Origin: Clostridia bacterium
Lineage (GTDB): Bacteria > Bacillota > Clostridia > Oscillospirales > CAG-272
Assembly (NCBI GenBank): GCA_017473085.1
Contig: JAFUNF010000012.1
Span: forward strand, 29,415 to 93,414
Direction of reading: 5' to 3'
Length of the DNA: 64,000 nt
The number at the start of each line of letters is the position of its first letter. The first letter of the stretch is position 1. Below are positions 1-9,365 of the stretch, piece after piece. A program made the position numbers and the translations under genes. The notes under the pieces were generated by a model. That model was not told where the DNA came from. It searched no databases and worked only from the letters and a program-made list of their open reading frames with translations.

Positions 1-104
1 TGCTTCATATCGGTGTGTGCTCTGTTTGGTACGGCTGGGTCCTGCACCTTACCCTTGTTCACTGTTTTTGCATTTTGCTCTTTTTGATTTTTATTCTTAC
101 TCAT
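1..104 (-). CDS. 5' part of a gene running off the window (MSKNKNQKEQNAKTVNKGKVQDPAVPNRAHTDMK...), product unknown
   Basis: ATG at 104 preceded by AAGGAGA RBS; frame open to the window edge. Confidence 0.6.
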   Translation of the reverse strand, partial: MSKNKNQKEQNAKTVNKGKVQDPAVPNRAHTDMK

Positions 105-216
105 AATTATTCTCCTTTTTTCGTTTGCAATATTAGTTTGCACTTTTTTCTCAAAATCTATTTACAAATAGTAAATTTTGTGCTAAGATATTCAAAAATC
201 ATTTTAGGAGTAATTT

Positions 217-522
217 ATGGAGCTTTTCGACATACTTGAAATTATAATGCTTATTTGCTTTGGCTTTTCTTGGCCACTTAACGTTATTAAGGCTTACAAG
301 GCAAGAACAACTAAGGGCAAGAGCCTTTGGTTTATCTGCTTGATTTTGCTTGGCTACGTGGCTGGAATTACATCAAAATTTGTAAATCCAAATTTTAATA
401 TGCAAGAAAAATGGTACGTGTTATTCTTCTACTTCCTTAACTTCGTTATGGTTAGTGCTGATTTGTTTATGTACTTCAGAAACAGACGTATTGATAAATC
501 AAATAAATCACAAGATGAATAA
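217..522 (+). CDS. PQ-loop/SemiSWEET-like small membrane protein
   Basis: Three hydrophobic segments, SWP..IK...RTTKGKS pattern, AGGAG RBS. Confidence 0.6.
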   Translation: MELFDILEIIMLICFGFSWPLNVIKAYKARTTKGKSLWFICLILLGYVAGITSKFVNPNFNMQEKWYVLFFYFLNFVMVSADLFMYFRNRRIDKSNKSQDE

Positions 523-524
523 AG

Positions 525-560
525 AATAGGAACAGGCTCGTTCGCCTGTTCCTATTTTTT
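525..560. terminator. Hairpin terminator between convergent genes
   Basis: AATAGGAACAGGC...GCCTGTTCCTATT followed by a T-run. Confidence 0.75.
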
Positions 561-1455
561 ATTCTGGCTTATTAACTGTTACTTCCTTACCGAAGAACAA
601 TACTGCAATTGTTCCAGGTCCTGCTGAGGAGCCGATAATTGGTCCTATCTTGCCAAGGTAAATATCAAGCTTTTTGTCAGGAAATCTTGACTCGATAACC
701 CTTTGAAGCTCCTTGCCTGCTTCCTCATCGTCTGCATGGCAAACAACAATCTTTTGATGAGGTACGTCAAGGTATTCCTCCTTCATTCTGTCTGCAATTC
801 TTTCCATTGAAGCACGTCTTCCCTTTACTGTTTCAAGGGCGTGGTTTCTGCCAAGTGCATCAGAAATTATAATTGGCTTTTTGTTAAGCAAGCCACCGAA
901 GAAAGCCTTTGCGGCACTTACTCTGCCTGATTGCTTTAGGTATGTAAGCTTTTCTACTGTACATTCTTGGTTTACTGTTAGCTTGTTTTCCTCAACCCAT
1001 TGAGCAAGCTCCTCGATTGACAAGCCCTCGTCACGCTTATCAGCAGCAGCCATACACAAAATGCCAAGACCGAAGCAAGCATTCAAGCTATCTACACAAA
1101 TAATTTTAGCCTCTGGGTGTCTTTGAAGAACTGCATTTTTAGCTACTATGCTTGCCTTGATTGATGCAGATAAGGTTCCTGAGCAAGAAATATACAAAAC
1201 GTCATAGCCATTTTCAATATATTCCTCGAAGCGAGCTTCAAACTCAAGGGCTGTAACCTGTGCTGTGGTAATTCTTGTACCATTACGCATCATTTCAAAA
1301 AAGTCGTGATATGGAATTTCGTTAAAATCAACGTCTGCCATATATTCCTTTCCATCGATTATAACGTGCATTTGAAGATAATCAATATTATATTTATCTC
1401 TTAAATCCTTAGATAAATCACTACAGGAGTCTGTAACTATTACGTATTTTCTCAT
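559..1455 (-). CDS. fakB: DegV family fatty-acid-binding protein (FakB)
   Basis: IVTDSCSDL, TAQ, SGTLSAS, LKQSGRVS and GPGTIA motifs; adjacent to a DAK2 gene. Confidence 0.9.
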   Translation of the reverse strand: MRKYVIVTDSCSDLSKDLRDKYNIDYLQMHVIIDGKEYMADVDFNEIPYHDFFEMMRNGTRITTAQVTALEFEARFEEYIENGYDVLYISCSGTLSASIKASIVAKNAVLQRHPEAKIICVDSLNACFGLGILCMAAADKRDEGLSIEELAQWVEENKLTVNQECTVEKLTYLKQSGRVSAAKAFFGGLLNKKPIIISDALGRNHALETVKGRRASMERIADRMKEEYLDVPHQKIVVCHADDEEAGKELQRVIESRFPDKKLDIYLGKIGPIIGSSAGPGTIAVLFFGKEVTVNKPE

Positions 1456-1466
1456 TTTTTTACCTC

Positions 1467-3146
1467 TTATTCAAAAATTAAAATAAAATCATAAACCTCT
1501 TGCATACCATCAACCTCATAAAGCTCCATTGTGCCTAAGGACTCAACGTATGCTTGAATTTCCTCTTTTTCCTCATCGGTTGTGGTTTTGCCATAAACCA
1601 TTATCAAAAACTCGTTTTCATGGCTAAATTTTTCAATTAGCTTTTTTGTTGTTTCAAGCTTTGATTTTGTGGAATAAAGCATTGTTTTTCCTGTAAAGCC
1701 CATATAATCGTTTTCTTCAATGCTAACACCATTTGCAACAGTTTTTCTGATTGACCTTGCTACCATAGCTGTGGTTGAGCTTTGCATTGCTTCAGCAAGA
1801 TTTTGTGCGATTATATCAGGGTCATCAGATGAATAGTCAAGCTCAGAAATTGCAGAATAGCCCTGTCCTATGCTCTTAGACTCGATTATGTAGATATTAG
1901 CTTTATCATATAGCTCCTTTGCCTGCTTAGCAGAAAGAATAATATTTGAGTTATTGGGTAATACGAATATATTCTCTGCGTTTGCCTCATCGAATGCCTT
2001 TAAAAAGTCCTCAGCAGAGGGGTTATTGGTTTGACCACCATTTACTACAACGTCAGCACCCATTTCCTCAAATAAGTCAATTAAGCCCTGACCCATAGCT
2101 GTTGTAACTGTGGCAAATTTCTTACGTGGCTTTTTGAAGCTTATTGCATCCTCTTTTTCGCCCTCGTTTTTCTTTTTGCCTACTGTTTCATTGTGCTGAA
2201 GGGTCATATTTTCGATTTTTACAGTTAAATATTCGCCAAAGCGTTGGCAATACTCAAGCACCTTATAGGGTGTCATTGTGTGCACGTGAATTTTTATAAC
2301 TGTTCCCGTTCTAAAGGCTACAATTGAATCTCCACCAATGCTTTCAAGATGCTTTATAAGTGCCTCAACGGAAAAGCTATCAATGTCAGTTTTACTTCTT
2401 TGAAGCTGTAAAAGCATTTCTGTGCAATAGCCATATTCCATTACACTATCCTCGGTAAACTTAGAAAAGTCTAAATCTACGTTTGTCTTGCTCTGTGCAT
2501 TTATATCATCGAGGATAAGCTCCTCGCCACTTAAAGCCTTGCAGAAGCCTTCAATTATATATACAAGACCTGCTCCACCACTATCAATAACACCCGCTTC
2601 CTTTAAAACTGCTAAAAGCTCTGGTGTTCTGTCAAGGGATTCCTTCATTTCCCTTAGGAATAGCTTAAAAAATTCATATACAGAAATATCGTCAGTTATT
2701 TTGTCGGCTGTGTTCTCAGCAGATTCTCTTGCTACTGTAAGGATTGTGCCCTCAACAGGTACTGCAACGGCACCATAAGCACATTTTACACCATTTGCAA
2801 TAGCAAGTCCAAAATCCTTTAGGTCTGCTCTTTCGTGACCCTTTAAGCCCTCAGCTAAGCCGTAGAAAAGCTGAGAAAGAATAACTCCTGAGTTACCTCT
2901 TGCGCCCATTAGCATACCATTTGCAAGAGCGCTTGCCTTTTCAGCCAGACTTTCGTCTTGAGCCTTTTTTAAGCCCTCAACACCACCACGCATTGTGAGA
3001 AACATATTCTCGCCTGTGTCGCCATCAGGAATTGGAAAAACGTTTAAATCGTTTACTGTTTTAACGTGGTCGTGTAGATTAACTGCACCACCCAGTACCA
3101 TTTTTTCAAAAAGCTCGCCATCAATCACATTGCCATTATACTTCAT
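1467..3146 (-). CDS. fakA: DAK2-domain fatty acid kinase subunit (FakA/YloV)
   Basis: LNVFPIPDGDTG, GARGNSGVILSQ, YGYCTE, KIHVHT and GGQTNNPS motifs. Confidence 0.92.
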   Translation of the reverse strand: MKYNGNVIDGELFEKMVLGGAVNLHDHVKTVNDLNVFPIPDGDTGENMFLTMRGGVEGLKKAQDESLAEKASALANGMLMGARGNSGVILSQLFYGLAEGLKGHERADLKDFGLAIANGVKCAYGAVAVPVEGTILTVARESAENTADKITDDISVYEFFKLFLREMKESLDRTPELLAVLKEAGVIDSGGAGLVYIIEGFCKALSGEELILDDINAQSKTNVDLDFSKFTEDSVMEYGYCTEMLLQLQRSKTDIDSFSVEALIKHLESIGGDSIVAFRTGTVIKIHVHTMTPYKVLEYCQRFGEYLTVKIENMTLQHNETVGKKKNEGEKEDAISFKKPRKKFATVTTAMGQGLIDLFEEMGADVVVNGGQTNNPSAEDFLKAFDEANAENIFVLPNNSNIILSAKQAKELYDKANIYIIESKSIGQGYSAISELDYSSDDPDIIAQNLAEAMQSSTTAMVARSIRKTVANGVSIEENDYMGFTGKTMLYSTKSKLETTKKLIEKFSHENEFLIMVYGKTTTDEEKEEIQAYVESLGTMELYEVDGMQEVYDFILIFE

Positions 3147-3255
3147 AAATCCTCCTGCTTAGTGAATTGTCAAACGACATTTTTCTACATTTTTCTGTAT
3201 TATAGCAAGGGTTTATTAACTCAACATTAACTTTTTAATAAAAAATTGCCAAATT

Positions 3256-4320
3256 TTACTTTGGCAATTTTACTGTAAAGGTTGTCCTCTTATTTTCGCT
3301 TTTTGCACTGATTTCACCATTGTGAAGCATTACTATGTGCTTTACAATTGAAAGTCCTATGCCGTTGCCCTCGCTTTTGTGGGCAGATTCTGCCTGATAG
3401 AATTTTGAAAATATCTTTTCCTCGTCCTCTCTTTTGATTTCCTCGCCCTCGTTTGTTATGCTTACTTGAATTAAAGAATCGCTCTCTATAATTTTAACAT
3501 AAAGCTCGCTTCCGTCTCTTGCAAATTTTATTGCATTATCAAGAATATTTATCCATACATGAGTAAGCATTTCCTCGTCTGCTTTAATTTCAACCTCATC
3601 AAAGTCTAAGTTTAGGGAAAGCTGTTTTTTCTCCCATTTCTTTTCAAGCATTACTATGGAATTACGAATTTGCTCAGACAAATTATATCTTACAAGCCTT
3701 TTAATTTCGCTTTCGTTTTCGATTTTTGAAAGCTGTAAAACCTTTGAGGACATCTCAAGAAGTCTTGTTGTTTCCTCTTCAATTATTTCTATATATTCCT
3801 GCCTTTTTTCCTTTGGTAAGTCCTCTCTTTTAAGAAGCTCCAGAAGTCCCTTGATTGATGCTATCGGAGTCTTAAATTCGTGGGAGAAATTATTGACAAA
3901 ATCTACTCTTAGCATTTCTGTTTTTGAAATTTCCTGCGCCATTGTGTTGAAGCCGTTTTCAACCTCGTTCAAGGTTTTATTCTTTCCAAAGCTAAGCCTT
4001 ACGGAATAGTCCCCACGGGAAACCTTAATCATTGCATTTACTAAGGATTTATAGGGAGCTAAAAGTAGCTTACTTGCAAGAGCAGAAAATCCAATACCAA
4101 TAATTATGCTTGATAGAATCATCAAGATAATATAAGGTATGCTTGATGCCTGCCACCACTCCTCCTCTATTACTCCTGTACCTGTTAAAATTGCACCTAA
4201 TCCAAATATAACAGCTATACTAAGTAGCTGTATTATACCTGTGATAAGTATAAAGAATCCATTGATTTTTGCATTTGCAATAGGCTTTTCAAGATTAATT
4301 TTTTTGAAATTCTTTTTCAT
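3256..4320 (-). CDS. HAMP-domain sensor histidine kinase
   Basis: Two TM helices, H-box SHEFKTP, NILDNAIKF, GNGIGL. Confidence 0.93.
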   Translation of the reverse strand: MKKNFKKINLEKPIANAKINGFFILITGIIQLLSIAVIFGLGAILTGTGVIEEEWWQASSIPYIILMILSSIIIGIGFSALASKLLLAPYKSLVNAMIKVSRGDYSVRLSFGKNKTLNEVENGFNTMAQEISKTEMLRVDFVNNFSHEFKTPIASIKGLLELLKREDLPKEKRQEYIEIIEEETTRLLEMSSKVLQLSKIENESEIKRLVRYNLSEQIRNSIVMLEKKWEKKQLSLNLDFDEVEIKADEEMLTHVWINILDNAIKFARDGSELYVKIIESDSLIQVSITNEGEEIKREDEEKIFSKFYQAESAHKSEGNGIGLSIVKHIVMLHNGEISAKSENKRTTFTVKLPK

Positions 4321-4991
4321 ATTTTTATTTCCGCCTTATAGCCAAGTCCCTTTATTGCCTTAAGCTCAAATTCACTCCAGCCCTCGAAGCGCTTTCTTAG
4401 TCTTGATATATGCACTGTTACTGTGTCAGCAGTTGTGTCACAGTCGTAGCCCCATATTTCGTCCATTATCTGTAATCTTGTAAAAATTTGGTTAGGAGAT
4501 GACAAAAGCTTAAACAAAAGCATAAATTCCTTTTGGGGAAGCTCTATTTTCTCTTCCCCACGAATCACCGTTTGCGTGTTGTAATCCAGAGTTATTGTGC
4601 CTATTTGTAGCTTTTGCTCGTTTACCATTTTTGCACGACGCAAAAGTGCCTTAATGTGTAGCAATAGCTCCTCGGAGTCGATGGGCTTGGTCATATAGTC
4701 GTCAATTCCAGAAACAAAGCCTTTTTTTCTATCCTCTGGTAAGTGCTTTGCAGATATCATTAAAACAGGTAAATCTTGATTTACAAGTCTTAATTCCTCA
4801 GTAAACTCATAGCCGTTGATCTTAGGCATCATTATATCAACAATTACAAGATCAACGTGGTTGCTATCAAGGACCTCAAACGCCTCTTCTCCGTCCTTTG
4901 CTGTAATGACGGTGTACTTTTCAAGCTCTAACCTTTCCTTCATTACATATCTTATATTTTTGTCGTCGTCAACTATTAAAATCGTAAACAT
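4317..4991 (-). CDS. OmpR/PhoB-family response regulator
   Basis: IVDDD, VDIMMP, KP and winged helix VHISRLR..GLGY; 4-bp overlap with the kinase. Confidence 0.94.
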   Translation of the reverse strand: MFTILIVDDDKNIRYVMKERLELEKYTVITAKDGEEAFEVLDSNHVDLVIVDIMMPKINGYEFTEELRLVNQDLPVLMISAKHLPEDRKKGFVSGIDDYMTKPIDSEELLLHIKALLRRAKMVNEQKLQIGTITLDYNTQTVIRGEEKIELPQKEFMLLFKLLSSPNQIFTRLQIMDEIWGYDCDTTADTVTVHISRLRKRFEGWSEFELKAIKGLGYKAEIKI

Positions 4992-5086
4992 TTTTTACTC
5001 CTTTTTGACTTGATATTTTTAGTATAGCACACTTATTGCATAATTGCAAATATATGTTTTACCAAATATTTTTTGGCTAATACTAC

Positions 5087-5145
5087 TTGACAAGGACTTC
5101 GATGTGCGATATAATTCAATTGAGTTCAATTTAATTGCACTCAAT
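5087..5145 (+). promoter_or_regulatory. sigmaA promoter of gpx plus OhrR-like operator
   Basis: TTGACA(5087)-17-TATAAT(5110); 27-bp palindrome 5119-5145 with one mismatch, core TTCAATT-T-AATTGCA resembling the B. subtilis OhrR box. Confidence 0.7.
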
Positions 5146-5166
5146 ATATTTAAAGGAGATTATAAT

Positions 5167-5706
5167 ATGAATGCCTACGATTTCAAGGTAACAACGCAAG
5201 ACGGCAAGGAAATTTCTCTTTCAGATTACAAGGGAAAGGTGTTGCTTATTGTAAACACTGCAACAGGCTGTGGCTTCACTCCACAATACGACGAATTACA
5301 GGATATTTACGACGAATACAAGGACAAGGGACTTGAAATTTTAGATTTTCCTTGCAACCAATTCGGCGATCAAGCACCTGGTAGTGACGAGGAAATTCAT
5401 TCCTTTTGCACAGGTAGATACGGAATTACCTTTCCACAATTTTCTAAAATTGACGTAAACGGTGACAATGCTATCCCACTATACAAGTGGCTTACTGAAA
5501 ATACTAAATTTGATGGCTTTAATGGTCCTATGGCGCTTATTCTTAATGGAGTTGTTAAAAAACAAGATAAGGATTTCAAGAAAAATGGCAATATAAAATG
5601 GAATTTTACAAAGTTTCTTATCAATAAGGATGGAGAAATTGTTGCAAGATTTGAGCCTACCCTTCCAATGAAAAAGGTTAAGGAAAAAATCAGGGAGTTA
5701 CTTTAA
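5167..5706 (+). CDS. gpx: Glutathione peroxidase (Cys type)
   Basis: VNTATGCGFTPQY, FPCNQFG and IKWNFTKFL; start moved to ATG 5167 after AAGGAG. Confidence 0.93.
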   Translation: MNAYDFKVTTQDGKEISLSDYKGKVLLIVNTATGCGFTPQYDELQDIYDEYKDKGLEILDFPCNQFGDQAPGSDEEIHSFCTGRYGITFPQFSKIDVNGDNAIPLYKWLTENTKFDGFNGPMALILNGVVKKQDKDFKKNGNIKWNFTKFLINKDGEIVARFEPTLPMKKVKEKIRELL

Positions 5707-5966
5707 TGCGCTACGAATACAAAACTGAAAGTACCTGCTCACAAATAATTAGATTTGATATTAATGATGATATTATTACCAATGTGGAATTTGTAGGTGG
5801 CTGTAATGGAAATTTGAAGGCTATTGCTACTCTGGTTGAGGGTATGAGTGTAGAGGAAATTGAGAAAAAGCTTCTTGGCAACACCTGTGGCAGACGACCA
5901 ACCTCCTGTACAGACCAGCTTGCTATTGCTGTTAGAAAAGCATATAATTCAATAAAAAATTCATAA
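5706..5966 (+). CDS. TSCPD-domain protein (TIGR03905-like)
   Basis: TCS, GGCNGNL and CGRRPTSCTDQL motifs. Confidence 0.85.
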   Translation: MRYEYKTESTCSQIIRFDINDDIITNVEFVGGCNGNLKAIATLVEGMSVEEIEKKLLGNTCGRRPTSCTDQLAIAVRKAYNSIKNS

Positions 5967-6029
5967 AGCTATGGAAATGTCACGCTTTCTGTGGTAAAAT
6001 AAGCTAAACGGATTTTTTAGGGGGACTTT

Positions 6030-6455
6030 ATGAAAAAATACGATGCCTTATTGCTTAAAAATCAGCTTTGCTTTCCCTTGTATGCTACTTCTCGTGAGGT
6101 TATTAAAAAATACAGACCTCACCTTGACAAAATTGGCTTGACCTACACTCAATATTTGACTATGATGGTGCTATGGGAAGCTGATGAAATAAACGTTACT
6201 GAGCTTGGAAAAAGACTTTTTCTTGACTCTGGCACCTTGACTCCTGTATTGAAAAGCCTTGAGCAAAAGGGTTTTATTACTCGTTGTAGATTACTCAAGG
6301 ACGAAAGAGTGCTTATAGTAAGGATTACCGAGCAGGGTAAGGCTTTACGTGATGAGGCTGTTTCTATTCCCTGTGAGTTGAGAAATAACGTCAAGCTAAC
6401 CGAAGAGGAAGCAAAAACTCTGTATACGCTATTGTATAAGCTATTAGATAACTAA
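6030..6455 (+). CDS. ohrR: MarR-family regulator, OhrR type
   Basis: NQLCFPLY (redox Cys), LTYTQYL, LDSGTLTP and DER motifs. Confidence 0.8.
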   Translation: MKKYDALLLKNQLCFPLYATSREVIKKYRPHLDKIGLTYTQYLTMMVLWEADEINVTELGKRLFLDSGTLTPVLKSLEQKGFITRCRLLKDERVLIVRITEQGKALRDEAVSIPCELRNNVKLTEEEAKTLYTLLYKLLDN

Positions 6456-6481
6456 AAAAGGGTGCCGAGGCACCCTTTTTT
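6454..6481. terminator. Bidirectional intrinsic terminator
   Basis: AAAAAAGGGTGCC-GA-GGCACCCTTTTTT. Confidence 0.85.
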
Positions 6482-7145
6482 AGTTATCTAATATTAGCTG
6501 ATAGTTGCCACCCTTTAGAATGCTTACAAGCTGATCCATGCTTGTTACTTCCTCTTCGGTTAGAATGCCTGCGTTTGCAGGGACCTCTTTATAATGAAAG
6601 TCCGTGCCTGAGGTTTTGATTAAGCCAAACTTATCTGCCCATGCGTTTGCGATATCATTTCTTGAATCGTGTCCCTTGTGACCATTGAATACCTCTACCC
6701 CGTCAAGATAGTTAGGGGTTACAACTGTCATGCCATTTCTGAATGGATGAGCTTGCACGAATAGAATACCATTTTCCTTAGCCAACTTATGAAAGCTTTC
6801 GGGATTTAGGTCGAAAATGTTTTCATTTTCCAAAAGGAATTTTTTAGTTACACCAAAAAGCAAATAGTCATTGATATTTTGCTTAAAGCGAAGCTCTGCT
6901 CCAAATAGGATATTTAGCTTGCCCTTTGCACATTCCTTTAGCTTTTCGTATGCTGAATAAAACTTCTCTACAAATTCCTGCCAGCTTGCAGATTTATGAT
7001 ACAGCATTGTGGTATAGTTAAGATGGTTTGTAAGAACCAATGTTGTATAGCCAGCCTCTGTATACTTTTTTACTATATCGTCAACACTTACTTTAGCGCA
7101 CTCGCTGATGTCTAACGAATGACAATGAAGCTCTGTTTTAAACAT
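6480..7145 (-). CDS. PHP-domain phosphoesterase
   Basis: ELHCHS, LTNH, QAHPFR, EVFNG and GTDFH motifs. Confidence 0.85.
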   Translation of the reverse strand: MFKTELHCHSLDISECAKVSVDDIVKKYTEAGYTTLVLTNHLNYTTMLYHKSASWQEFVEKFYSAYEKLKECAKGKLNILFGAELRFKQNINDYLLFGVTKKFLLENENIFDLNPESFHKLAKENGILFVQAHPFRNGMTVVTPNYLDGVEVFNGHKGHDSRNDIANAWADKFGLIKTSGTDFHYKEVPANAGILTEEEVTSMDQLVSILKGGNYQLILDN

Positions 7146-7153
7146 ATTTTACC

Positions 7154-7753
7154 TCACTTTACTTCTTCAATTATTATTGTTTCAATTACTGGTCTTTCGC
7201 TTGTGTAAATTCCGCCATTTCCGTCGTATGGCTGTGCTTTTTCGCAAATTGCGTCAACTACATTCATTCCATCAACCACACAACCAAAGGCTGCGTACAG
7301 ATAATTAAGGTTTGTGTTTGTTTCGTGCATTATAAAGAACTGGCTTGAGCCACTGTCATAGTCATCAGCACGAGCCATTGAAATAACTCCCCTTTGATGA
7401 GAGATAGTATTCATAACTCCATTAGCTAAAAATTCTCCCTTTATGTTGTTAGCCTGTTTGTGGCTTCCATCCTCGTTGAAGCCACCACCCTGTGCCATAA
7501 AGCCCTCTATAATTCTATGGAAGGTTAAGCCGTCATAAAAGCCCTCGTTTGATAGCTTAACAAAATTCTCAACGGTAATAGGTGCCTCATTGCCATAAAG
7601 CTCCACCTTTATTGTTCCGTAATTCTTAACAACAATAGTTGCGTAGTGAGTTGCCTCAAAGCCCTGATATTCAATGCGTGGGTCGTAGCCACAGGATACA
7701 AGACTAAGTGCAAGAATTGTAATAACTACTGCAATTGATACTATTCTCTTCAT
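7154..7753 (-). CDS. Cyclophilin-type peptidyl-prolyl isomerase, lipoprotein
   Basis: Lipobox LVSC; FYDGLTFHRII, QGG, SMARA and SQFFI motifs. Confidence 0.92.
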   Translation of the reverse strand: MKRIVSIAVVITILALSLVSCGYDPRIEYQGFEATHYATIVVKNYGTIKVELYGNEAPITVENFVKLSNEGFYDGLTFHRIIEGFMAQGGGFNEDGSHKQANNIKGEFLANGVMNTISHQRGVISMARADDYDSGSSQFFIMHETNTNLNYLYAAFGCVVDGMNVVDAICEKAQPYDGNGGIYTSERPVIETIIIEEVK

Positions 7754-7878
7754 TTTTACGCTCCTTTGATTTTTTCTTTAATAGTATATCACCCAAGATT
7801 ATTATTTTCAAGATTAAATACGATTTTATTAATATTTTTAAGTAAAATAATTTTTTTACAAAAAAGTGAAAAAAAGAC

Positions 7879-7907
7879 TTGACAAGTAAATACTCCTATG
7901 ATATAAT
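7879..7907 (+). promoter_or_regulatory. Consensus sigmaA promoter of the tRNA pair
   Basis: TTGACA-17-TATAAT with extended TG and an upstream A-tract. Confidence 0.85.
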
Positions 7908-7928
7908 AAGCAAGCACTCAAGTGCGAT

Positions 7929-8004
7929 GGCGGAATAGCTCAGAGGCTAGAGCATCCGGTTCATACCCGGCAGGTCATAGGTTCAAATCCCATTTCCGCC
8001 ACCA
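7929..8004 (+). tRNA. tRNA-Met(CAT), elongator-like
   Basis: GGCGGAA/TTCCGCC acceptor stem, loop TTCATAC, GTTCAAATC, encoded CCA. Confidence 0.93.
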
Positions 8005-8009
8005 TATAC

Positions 8010-8084
8010 GGCCCGTTGGTCAAGCGGTTAAGACACGGCCCTTTCACGGCTGTAACATGGGTTCGATTCCCGTACGGGTCACCA
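8010..8084 (+). tRNA. tRNA-Glu(TTC)
   Basis: GGCCCGT/ACGGGTC acceptor stem, loop CTTTCAC, GTTCGATTC, encoded CCA. Confidence 0.95.
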
Positions 8085-8085
8085 A

Positions 8086-8131
8086 CACAAACAAAAATCG
8101 AACACTTTCGGGTGTTCGATTTTTGTTTGTG
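8086..8131 (+). terminator. Terminator after the tRNAs
   Basis: CACAAACAAAAATCGAACAC...GTGTTCGATTTTTGTTTGTG inverted repeat. Confidence 0.8.
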
Positions 8132-8300
8132 AATGAAGCACACCTACGGTGTATTAAGACGCTTTTGCTAATGAAGTCGGCTTCGCCTAATGAAGTCGCT
8201 TCGCTAATTTGTTTGTGTGCTTCGCTTCATACGAGCAAAGTGAGTGCTTCATTGTTGCGTAGCAACTGCTTCATATTGGCAAAGCCAATACTTCATTAAA
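8131..8300 (+). repeat. Ladder-type structured element: 4 ATGAAG+hairpin units, then 4 CTTCAT units with hairpins
   Basis: ATGAAG at 8133, 8171 and 8190 (ATTAAG at 8153); CTTCAT at 8225, 8247, 8269 and 8291 (22-bp period). Confidence 0.75.
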
Positions 8301-8311
8301 AGGAGTAGATT

Positions 8312-8383
8312 ATGAAAGACGATAAATTATCAGCTCAATCTATGGATTTTGCTGTTTCTATTATTGAAAGCAAAATAAAATGA
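8312..8383 (+). pseudogene. Collapsed four-helix-bundle (TIGR02436/Avd-like) gene remnant, MKDDKLSAQSMDFAVSIIESKIK*
   Basis: AAAAGGAG RBS; the N-terminus matches the S-x-DFAV-x-I start I recognise from four-helix-bundle proteins; stop after 23 codons, then a hairpin. Confidence 0.6.
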
Positions 8384-8483
8384 AGCAAGGCTAATTTTCA
8401 ACCTTGCTTAGCAAAAGACGTGTCATTTCTCTAAGACAACACACCGCCCACTTTCCCCACAAAAATCGGATAAAGGTTGAATA

Positions 8484-9332
8484 ATGAAAAGTAAAAAATC
8501 TAACAAAAGAAAAAGCAAACAACAAACAGATAAAGAATACTCAAAAGCTACTATATTAGCTCTAATTGGTATTGTTTTGCTTTGTATTCCTATAGTTCTC
8601 TTTATTCTATTAAACTATTTATGGTTAGCGGTTCCTGAAAGTGCGTGGATTGTAATTGGATTTGTCGGTTCATTTGTTATAGGAGTAGGACTTTTTAATG
8701 CTATAATGGGGCTTGGTAAAGCTTCACTTGGAATAAAATTTACACTTATTTGCTCACTTTCTGGCATTATTTTGATAGCGATAAGCGAGCTTCTTATGTA
8801 TAATTCTCATTTATTCAATCAGGATTTAGTGTCATATTACTTTCTTACATTGCTGTTCTGCGTTGGCACTTTAATCTCATATCCCATTTTCAGATACGGA
8901 ATCAATACTTATTTGCGTAAAACTAGAGGTCTTAGCCAAACGAACATAAATAAGCATAAAAAAGGCAAAAAAAATTACTGGTGGTATGAAGAAATACATA
9001 AAGAATTTGGCATTGGAAAGCTATATCATTTGAACAAAGCATATACTATTCTCTTTTTAGTTAATTTCTTTTCTAATCTTATTTTTGGTTTTTTCAAATT
9101 TGCATCTATCTTTACTTGTTCGTTCAGTTTAATACTATATGTTTTTACAGCTATAATTGGATTTTATGGTATGAGACAATACCATGTTGACGAACATGGA
9201 AGTACATTCGTGCTATTCGCAAGAAATAGCAGTGGAAAAATAGATTCTTCACTTTTTGATTTGTTTTTCCTTGCATTTCCCTGTGGCATGGCATATGCAC
9301 ACATTACGGCGATCATCGGACTTTGGAATTAA
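8484..9332 (+). CDS. Hypothetical multi-pass membrane protein
   Basis: 282-aa ORF with about 7 hydrophobic segments; no recognised motif. Confidence 0.7.
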   Translation: MKSKKSNKRKSKQQTDKEYSKATILALIGIVLLCIPIVLFILLNYLWLAVPESAWIVIGFVGSFVIGVGLFNAIMGLGKASLGIKFTLICSLSGIILIAISELLMYNSHLFNQDLVSYYFLTLLFCVGTLISYPIFRYGINTYLRKTRGLSQTNINKHKKGKKNYWWYEEIHKEFGIGKLYHLNKAYTILFLVNFFSNLIFGFFKFASIFTCSFSLILYVFTAIIGFYGMRQYHVDEHGSTFVLFARNSSGKIDSSLFDLFFLAFPCGMAYAHITAIIGLWN

Positions 9333-9365
9333 TTAAGCTTTAAACGCTTTTTCGTTTAAGGTTAT

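Noticed and set aside
5044-5166. N-terminal extensions in the ORF track (gpx; also murQ, hisA, ridA, fucosidase, esterase, LRR 42749, XRE 37119)
   Set aside because: They overlap promoters or upstream genes; downstream starts have proper RBSs
7922-8299. 125-aa and 60-aa ORFs
   Set aside because: They overlap the two tRNAs and the structured element; spurious
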